DNA from: a virus
Length of the DNA stretch: 64,000 nucleotides
Direction: 5' to 3' (one strand)
Virus record (IMG/VR): IMGVR_UViG_3300027782_000047
Location: 1 to 64,000 of that record
Of this stretch, positions 57,840 through 64,000 are shown piece by piece. Numbering within the stretch: position 1 is the first letter of the stretch; the number at the start of each line of letters is the position of its first letter. The position numbers were made by a program, and so were the translations under genes. Under the pieces are notes generated by a model, which worked only from the letters and a program-made list of their open reading frames with translations, did no database searches and was not told where the DNA came from.

Positions 57840-60770
57840 ATGCCAACGCAATTACAGTTAAGAAGAGGAAATACAGCCCAAACTGCAACATTTACTGGAG
57901 CAGTGGCTGAGATTACCGTTGACACAGATAAGAAAACAGTTGTTGTCCACGATGGCACAACAGCTGGTGGTTTCGCTCTCGCTTTAGAATCAGCGCAGTT
58001 AGACCAATTTGCATTCACAAAAGCAAACTTAGCGTTTGATAGAGCAAACTCGGCATTCGCTCAAGCAAATGCAGCCTATAGTACAGCTAATACAAAATTC
58101 AATTCTGCTGGTGGTACAATTTCTGGTAATGTAATTGTAACTGGTAATGTAACTCCAACAACGGATAATATTTATAGTTTAGGTTCGTCATCTAATCGTT
58201 GGAAAGATTTGTTTGTTGGACCAGGTTCAATTAACATTGATGGCATTGTTATTGGAAATAATGGTGGGCAGATTGTAATCTCTGGCGCATCTGATTTTGT
58301 TTTTCAATCAACAACTGGTGCACCTTCCGTATCATCATCGGCTAGTGCTAACATTGCGCTTAATGCTTTCAATCAAGCCAATCTAGCATTCAATCAAGCA
58401 AATACTTCTTACGGTTCTTTTGCACAAGCTAACTTAGCATACACACAAGCAAACTCTGGTGTTGGTATTGCTGTTTCTGCATTTGCTCAAGCCAACTTAG
58501 CGTTTACGGCTGCAAATAATGCCGTATCTACAGGACAAGCAAACGTTGGTGCTGGATTAATTACAGTTACTAGTGCTTATCAAGTAAACGTTGGTGCTGG
58601 CTTAATTGGCGTTACCTCGGCGTATGGAGCAAACGTTGGAGCGGCTAGAATTGCAGATGTTGCTTCTGGTCAGGCTAATGTTGGCGCAAGTGTAATTACA
58701 TTAAACAATAATATTGGCAATGCATTCAATCAAGCAAATTTAGCATTTACGGCTGCAAATAATGCAGTTGACACTTGGGTTAGAAATCAAGCTAATGCCG
58801 CATATAATGCCGCAAACACAGCAGTAACAACTGGTCAAGCAAACGTAGGTGCTGGACTTATTAGTGTAACATCAGCATATCAAGCAAACGTTGGTGCTGG
58901 ATTAATTAGTACCAAATCTGCATATGAAGCCAATGTAGGCGTTGCTATTGCATCAGGACAAGCAAACGTAGGTAATGCAATTACTACTGTAACATCTGCT
59001 TATCAAGCAAACGTTGGTGCAAGTATAATTACAACTACTAATGCATACCAAGCAAACGCTGGTGCTGGTTTAATTACTGAAGTAGCCGCACGGCAAGCAA
59101 ACGTTGGTGCAAGTGTTATTACTTTGTCTAATAACATAACTAATGTATTTAATCAGGCTAATCTAGCATTTACGGCTGCAAACAATGCTGTAGATACTTG
59201 GGTTAGAAATCAAGCTAACTCCGCGTATGATAGAGCAAATTCATCATTTGCACAGGCTAACTTAGCATACACCACAGCAAATGCCGCATTACCTAAAACT
59301 GGTGGTACAATTACTGGCGACTTGACAGTTTCGGGTAACTTATTTATTTCTGGTAATACAACAACACTTAACGTTACCTCATTGAGTGTCTCGGATACTC
59401 TTATTCATTTAGGTAATGAAAATGAATCAGATTCGTTGGATATTGGTTTTATTGGTCACTATGCTAATACGCCAAACAATCACACAGGTTTGATTCGTAA
59501 ATTTACCGATGGTAGATATTACTTGTTTGATAACCTACTAACAAATGTTGAACCAACTAATATTGTTGATATTGCAAACACAAGAGTTGCAACATTAAGC
59601 GCAAATCTAATCACGAATGTAATCACATTGCGCGGACTTGATCCATTAGATTACTCAAATACAATTTACAGTAATGCACAAGCAAATACTGGTGCCGCAG
59701 TTATTTCATTAACTTCTGCATATCAAGCAAATACTGGTGCAGCCGCTTTAGCTGGTCAAGCAAACGTAGGTGCAGGATTAATATCTGTAACATCAGCATA
59801 TCAAGCAAATGTGGGTGCCGCTAGAATTGATGCGAATACGGCTAATACAACTTTAGCGGCTAGTATTGCTTCGGGTAGACTTGCGGATAACGCTAACGTT
59901 GGTGCAAGTATAATTACAGTTACAAATGCATATCAAGCAAACGTTGGTGCTGGTAGAATTGCTGATGTTGCGTCAGGACAAGCAAACGTAGGTGCTGGTT
60001 TAATTGCTGTAACATCTGCTTATCAAGCTAACGTTGGTTCAGCTAGAATTGATGCGAATACGGCTAATACAACTTTAGCCGCTAGTATTGTTTCTGGTAG
60101 ACAAGCTGATAATGCTAATCTTGGTGCTACTATAATTACAGTTACTTCTGCATATCAATCAAACGTTGGCGCAGGTTTAATTACAGTTACTTCTGCGTAT
60201 CAATCGAATGTTGGTTCTGCAATCGCTCAAGGTCAAGCTAATACAGGTGCCGCAGTTATTTCATTAACATCTGCATATCAAGCTAACGCTGGCGCTGGTG
60301 ATATTACTGTTACCAATAACTATCAAGCAAATGTCGGTGCAGTAAACATTGCTAAAGTTGCAAAAGCTGGTGATGTAATGACTGGTGCTTTGTCTACCAG
60401 CGGTGCATTGATTGGTGCAAGTTTAACATCAAACACAATAGCAACAATTAACACAAATGCAGTTTATGAATCTACTGCTGTAACAACTGCGGCGGCTACT
60501 CAATTTACATTAGATTCATTCTCAACAACTGCATATCGTTCAGCTAAATATCTCGTTCAGATTTCTAGCGGTTCATCATATGAATTACTAGAGATGACTT
60601 TGATTCATGATGGAACGACTGTGTATTTGTCTCAGTATGGTAACATTAAAACTGGTGCAACATTGGGTGTATTTGACGCTACAATTTCAACTGGCACTTT
60701 AAGTTTGTTAGCTACACCAAACAATGCAGTAACTACATTTAAGACAGCCATAACTCTGATACCGGCATAA
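57840..60770 (+). CDS. long fibre protein with Mtd-like N-terminal domain and Ala/Asn coiled-coil stalk
   Basis: QLRRG...FTGAVAEITVDTDK..VVHDG.TAGG; many QANVGA repeats; C-terminal YRSAKY...HDG domain; late promoter at 57809. Confidence 0.85.
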   Translation: MPTQLQLRRGNTAQTATFTGAVAEITVDTDKKTVVVHDGTTAGGFALALESAQLDQFAFTKANLAFDRANSAFAQANAAYSTANTKFNSAGGTISGNVIVTGNVTPTTDNIYSLGSSSNRWKDLFVGPGSINIDGIVIGNNGGQIVISGASDFVFQSTTGAPSVSSSASANIALNAFNQANLAFNQANTSYGSFAQANLAYTQANSGVGIAVSAFAQANLAFTAANNAVSTGQANVGAGLITVTSAYQVNVGAGLIGVTSAYGANVGAARIADVASGQANVGASVITLNNNIGNAFNQANLAFTAANNAVDTWVRNQANAAYNAANTAVTTGQANVGAGLISVTSAYQANVGAGLISTKSAYEANVGVAIASGQANVGNAITTVTSAYQANVGASIITTTNAYQANAGAGLITEVAARQANVGASVITLSNNITNVFNQANLAFTAANNAVDTWVRNQANSAYDRANSSFAQANLAYTTANAALPKTGGTITGDLTVSGNLFISGNTTTLNVTSLSVSDTLIHLGNENESDSLDIGFIGHYANTPNNHTGLIRKFTDGRYYLFDNLLTNVEPTNIVDIANTRVATLSANLITNVITLRGLDPLDYSNTIYSNAQANTGAAVISLTSAYQANTGAAALAGQANVGAGLISVTSAYQANVGAARIDANTANTTLAASIASGRLADNANVGASIITVTNAYQANVGAGRIADVASGQANVGAGLIAVTSAYQANVGSARIDANTANTTLAASIVSGRQADNANLGATIITVTSAYQSNVGAGLITVTSAYQSNVGSAIAQGQANTGAAVISLTSAYQANAGAGDITVTNNYQANVGAVNIAKVAKAGDVMTGALSTSGALIGASLTSNTIATINTNAVYESTAVTTAAATQFTLDSFSTTAYRSAKYLVQISSGSSYELLEMTLIHDGTTVYLSQYGNIKTGATLGVFDATISTGTLSLLATPNNAVTTFKTAITLIPA

Positions 60771-60800
60771 TAAAATTTATCAACAAAGGGATAGTGAACT

Positions 60801-62294
60801 TTGGCATCTAATCAAGACTTCATAGTAAAGAATGGGCTAACTGTTGGCTCATCGCAAGTGATTGCCGCCAATGGTCGTTGGGTTGGTGTCAGCACTGGTT
60901 TAATAGGACCTCAAGGCGCACAGGGTGCTCAAGGTCCAACAGGAGGCACTGGACCTCAAGGTGCTCAAGGGCCTGCTGGTCCTACTGGACCTCAAGGTGC
61001 TCAGGGAGCAACAGGCGGTACTGGTCCTACTGGTCCTCAAGGAGCCCAAGGCGCACAAGGAAATTCTGGCGGTACAGGACCAACAGGACCCCAAGGCGCA
61101 CAGGGACCAGCAGGACCAACTGGACCTCAAGGAGCACAGGGAACACAAGGACCAACTGGACCACCAGGAGGAACTGGCGCTCAAGGCGCACAGGGTCCAG
61201 CTGGACCAACAGGACCAACAGGACCACAGGGCGCACAAGGAGCCCAAGGCGCACAGGGAGTTGCAGGACCAACTGGTCCATTGGGACCAACAGGTCCGAC
61301 TGGCGCACAAGGCGCACAAGGCGCACAGGGACCAACAGGACCAACAGGACCTTCGGGAGCAACTATTGATAATACAAACAGAACATTAAACAGTTTGACG
61401 TTCACTGGCCAAGGTGGAAATTCTGGTAATGCACCATCAAGTTATTATTACTCATTACATCAAAAAACTGGTCCATGGACAGGCCCATATCCAGATTTAT
61501 CAATCAATTATCATACTGGCATTTCGTTTGGCGCTCTTGCAGGTTATGAAGGTTATTCTTTTTGGGATGATGCTCCCCAAAGCACATTAGTTTTTAGAAT
61601 TAATGGCTCCAGCAATTATTCATACAAATATTACTGGCAATATACAAACACAACTGGTTATTACTCAGATACAAATAGTTGGCACTTGATACCAAATACT
61701 GGTAGTTCATATGGTTCAATGCAATTACAAGGCTCAAGAAATAGCTGGCGTGGTATTCATTTTTATGATGGCGGAAATATTCCTCATTTGATGTTTGATG
61801 GTGGCGCAAACGGTGGAATTTATTTTGAATCTGGCCGATGGGCGATGTATTATAGTTACGGAAATGCTAGTTGGGGAATTAATACATCAACAACTTCCTC
61901 TGGTGTTGCATTGTATGCATCTGGAGACATATACTCAACGGGTAACATCACAGCATATTCTGACGGAAGAAAAAAAGATAATGTAGTTGCTATAAAGAAT
62001 GCATTAGATGGAGTATTAAAATTAAGAGGTGTAACATATACCTGGAATGACAAAAAAGAATCTGATATCGGTTATGGTAAAACAGAGATTGGTGTTATTG
62101 CTCAAGAGGTTGAAAAAGTATTTCCAGAAGTTGTTAAATACATGGAAGACGTTGATGTGTATTCAGTTGCTTATGGTAACATCACAGCAATATTGATTGA
62201 AGCTATAAAAGAACAACATTCTATTATAACTAGTCAAAATGATAGATTAGAGAGAATAGAAAACTTTATTAATAATTACTTGGAGAAAAAATAA
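60801..62294 (+). CDS. collagen tail fibre with receptor-binding domain and S74 chaperone
   Basis: TTG start, DFIVKNGL, (GXY)n, SDGRKK...GVIAQEVE...IEAIKE. Confidence 0.88.
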   Translation: MASNQDFIVKNGLTVGSSQVIAANGRWVGVSTGLIGPQGAQGAQGPTGGTGPQGAQGPAGPTGPQGAQGATGGTGPTGPQGAQGAQGNSGGTGPTGPQGAQGPAGPTGPQGAQGTQGPTGPPGGTGAQGAQGPAGPTGPTGPQGAQGAQGAQGVAGPTGPLGPTGPTGAQGAQGAQGPTGPTGPSGATIDNTNRTLNSLTFTGQGGNSGNAPSSYYYSLHQKTGPWTGPYPDLSINYHTGISFGALAGYEGYSFWDDAPQSTLVFRINGSSNYSYKYYWQYTNTTGYYSDTNSWHLIPNTGSSYGSMQLQGSRNSWRGIHFYDGGNIPHLMFDGGANGGIYFESGRWAMYYSYGNASWGINTSTTSSGVALYASGDIYSTGNITAYSDGRKKDNVVAIKNALDGVLKLRGVTYTWNDKKESDIGYGKTEIGVIAQEVEKVFPEVVKYMEDVDVYSVAYGNITAILIEAIKEQHSIITSQNDRLERIENFINNYLEKK

Positions 62295-62725
62295 TGGCGC
62301 TAATCAGAGATTATGAATTACCAGGAACTGGTGTAACTGTTGCTAATGCATATCATGTAGTAACAAAAGTTGATGTGGATAAAAGAACACAAGATATTTC
62401 TGCACCTCCAGATCCATCAAGACCCGGTGGCTTTACTGCTGGTCATCAAGAAGTTGGAAAAGAATTATTTTGGAAAGCTGGTTATATTGGAACTATTTCC
62501 ATCACAATATGGAAAGATGCACAAGCAAGAAATGATGGATTACAGCCTTTAGGATTTTTGGGAATGCATCCATCAGATAATAAGTATGGTGCAAGTCTAT
62601 CACAAGATGTAAAGAATTATCAACCTAGATTTTTCATTGATGTAGACTCACAAGACAATTATGTAACTCAAGCATATGCTTATCTAAAAACAACACCGTA
62701 CTATTTGAACTCAACAGAAGTTTAA
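62294..62725 (+). CDS. hypothetical protein (possible fibre assembly/tip protein)
   Basis: 143 aa ending QAYAYLKT; coupled to the fibre gene. Confidence 0.75.
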   Translation: MALIRDYELPGTGVTVANAYHVVTKVDVDKRTQDISAPPDPSRPGGFTAGHQEVGKELFWKAGYIGTISITIWKDAQARNDGLQPLGFLGMHPSDNKYGASLSQDVKNYQPRFFIDVDSQDNYVTQAYAYLKTTPYYLNSTEV

Positions 62726-62732
62726 TTCTTAA

Positions 62733-64000
62733 ATGGCATCTAATCAAGACTTCATCGTAAAGAACGGCTTAACAATAGGCGGTTCGCAAGTAATTGCTGC
62801 CAATGGTCGTTGGGTTGGGGTCACCACTGGTCTTATCGGTGCCACTGGTCTTCAAGGACCCGCAGGACCGCAAGGCGCAACAGGACCGACCGGACCTCAG
62901 GGCGCACAAGGAACTCAAGGCGCACAGGGAGTTGCAGGACCTCAAGGCGCACAAGGACCAGCCGGCGGCACTGGACCAACTGGACCACAAGGCGCTCAAG
63001 GTCCTGCTGGCGGTACAGGACCAACGGGTCCTCAAGGAGCCCAAGGTGCTCAAGGTTCTGCTGGACCTCCGGGACCGACTGGCGCTCAAGGTCCTACAGG
63101 CGCTCAAGGTCCTACTGGCGCTCAAGGGCCAACCGGTGCTACAGGACCTACTGGACCAACAGGCGGCAATTCAGGAAATGATACTTACGTTGCTTGGGGT
63201 CAATTAGAAGCACATAGCACTTATACGAATTTTAATTCATCAGTAAATTATTGGGGCTTCACTTATGTTCAAGGAAGCACTAATGCTCCAAATTCAACAT
63301 CATCTCAATGGTACCGAGGAAGATTTTCCCTAGGAAATGCATATGGTAAAAATTATGGTGGTAGCGATTATTGGTTAGAACTAGCTTGGCCAAGAGAAAA
63401 TCCAACCACAGCAGGACATATGTGGAGAAGAAATGGAGAAGCTGGTGGCGTTGGCTCTTGGACACAAGTTGGTGCAAACATTATTGGTACAGGATCTGCT
63501 ACATCAGATTATAGAGCACCAATCTTCTACGATTCTAATGATACCGGATATTATGTAAATCCTAATAGTGGTACAAATTTAAAGTTTCTTCAAGTTTCTG
63601 GTGCATGGGCCAGTTCGCCTTTTGGATCAGCTCATGAACAATTTACAATTCGTACAAACTATCCATCATACACACTTCGTAATACCGATACTGGATATTA
63701 TTGGTTAGTACATCACGCTGCTGATTACACTATTAATTGGTACGGTGGTGGAGGTGGCGTAGATGGATCTTCATGGAATAGAAACTTCTACGTTGATATG
63801 AGTGGTAACATAACAGCAAGAGGAAACGTTACAGCATATTCTGATGTTAGATTAAAAATCAATATTGTGACCATCAACAATGCAATAGATAAAGTAAAAC
63901 GACTAAGAGGTGTTTATTTTGATTGGATTGATTCTGGTGAGCATTCCCTAGGAATGATTGCACAGGAAGTTGAAGAAGTTCTTCCAGAATTGGTTATGAC
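62733..64000 (+). CDS. second collagen tail fibre with S74 chaperone (truncated by window end)
   Basis: Translated by hand, open to the end: [13 protein letters not shown]..., (GXY)n, [21 protein letters not shown]...GMIAQEVE. Confidence 0.88.
   Translation, partial: MASNQDFIVKNGLTIGGSQVIAANGRWVGVTTGLIGATGLQGPAGPQGATGPTGPQGAQGTQGAQGVAGPQGAQGPAGGTGPTGPQGAQGPAGGTGPTGPQGAQGAQGSAGPPGPTGAQGPTGAQGPTGAQGPTGATGPTGPTGGNSGNDTYVAWGQLEAHSTYTNFNSSVNYWGFTYVQGSTNAPNSTSSQWYRGRFSLGNAYGKNYGGSDYWLELAWPRENPTTAGHMWRRNGEAGGVGSWTQVGANIIGTGSATSDYRAPIFYDSNDTGYYVNPNSGTNLKFLQVSGAWASSPFGSAHEQFTIRTNYPSYTLRNTDTGYYWLVHHAADYTINWYGGGGGVDGSSWNRNFYVDMSGNITARGNVTAYSDVRLKINIVTINNAIDKVKRLRGVYFDWIDSGEHSLGMIAQEVEEVLPELVM

Noticed and set aside
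52788-63207. Long overlapping ORFs across collagen regions (DQQD-, SCWS-, RRT-rich)
   Set aside because: Stop-free alternative frames of 9-bp periodic Gly-X-Y DNA; no start signals.
57840-64000. Diversity-generating retroelement, suggested by the Mtd-like N-terminus
   Set aside because: No reverse transcriptase and no TR/VR pair differing at adenines was seen in the window.

Overview
An AT-rich 64 kb segment of a lytic T4-like myophage genome. The host is most likely a freshwater Betaproteobacterium (inferred from a Bug/TctC gene and a tmRNA tag resembling ANDERFALAA). Layout: (1) 1-954, candidate structured ncRNAs followed by eight CCA-encoding tRNA genes; (2) 955-2226, three membrane or secreted genes on the minus strand; (3) 2.3-14.5 kb, early/middle genes behind strong sigma70-type promoters, including RNase H, a GT2-GalE-ClpP block, a SWIM protein, a GP88-like protein, a DenV-family glycosylase, PhoH and an exonuclease; (4) a circularly permuted two-piece tmRNA and an outer-membrane beta-barrel; (5) two cassettes, each headed by the same 48-bp late-promoter repeat and a gp38-like adhesin followed by cargo genes; (6) SleB hydrolase, AAA ATPase, dsbA, gp33, gp59, nucleotidase and gp32; (7) the tail/baseplate module (tape-measure-like protein with a lysozyme domain, gp51/gp26, gp54, gp2, gp4, gp48, gp53, hub, split gp5, gp25, gp6, gp7, gp8, VrlC); (8) a long array of fibre genes with collagen, coiled-coil and S74 chaperone domains. 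The best leads are the permuted tmRNA plus ClpP, repeated terminal plug/socket motifs in the fibre proteins, the adhesin-plus-cargo cassettes, a probable -1 frameshift joining gp26 and gp51, the tRNA-associated ncRNAs and tRNA mimic, an upstream operator palindrome, and apparently leaderless mRNAs. All product calls come from motif recognition by eye; no database searches were run.
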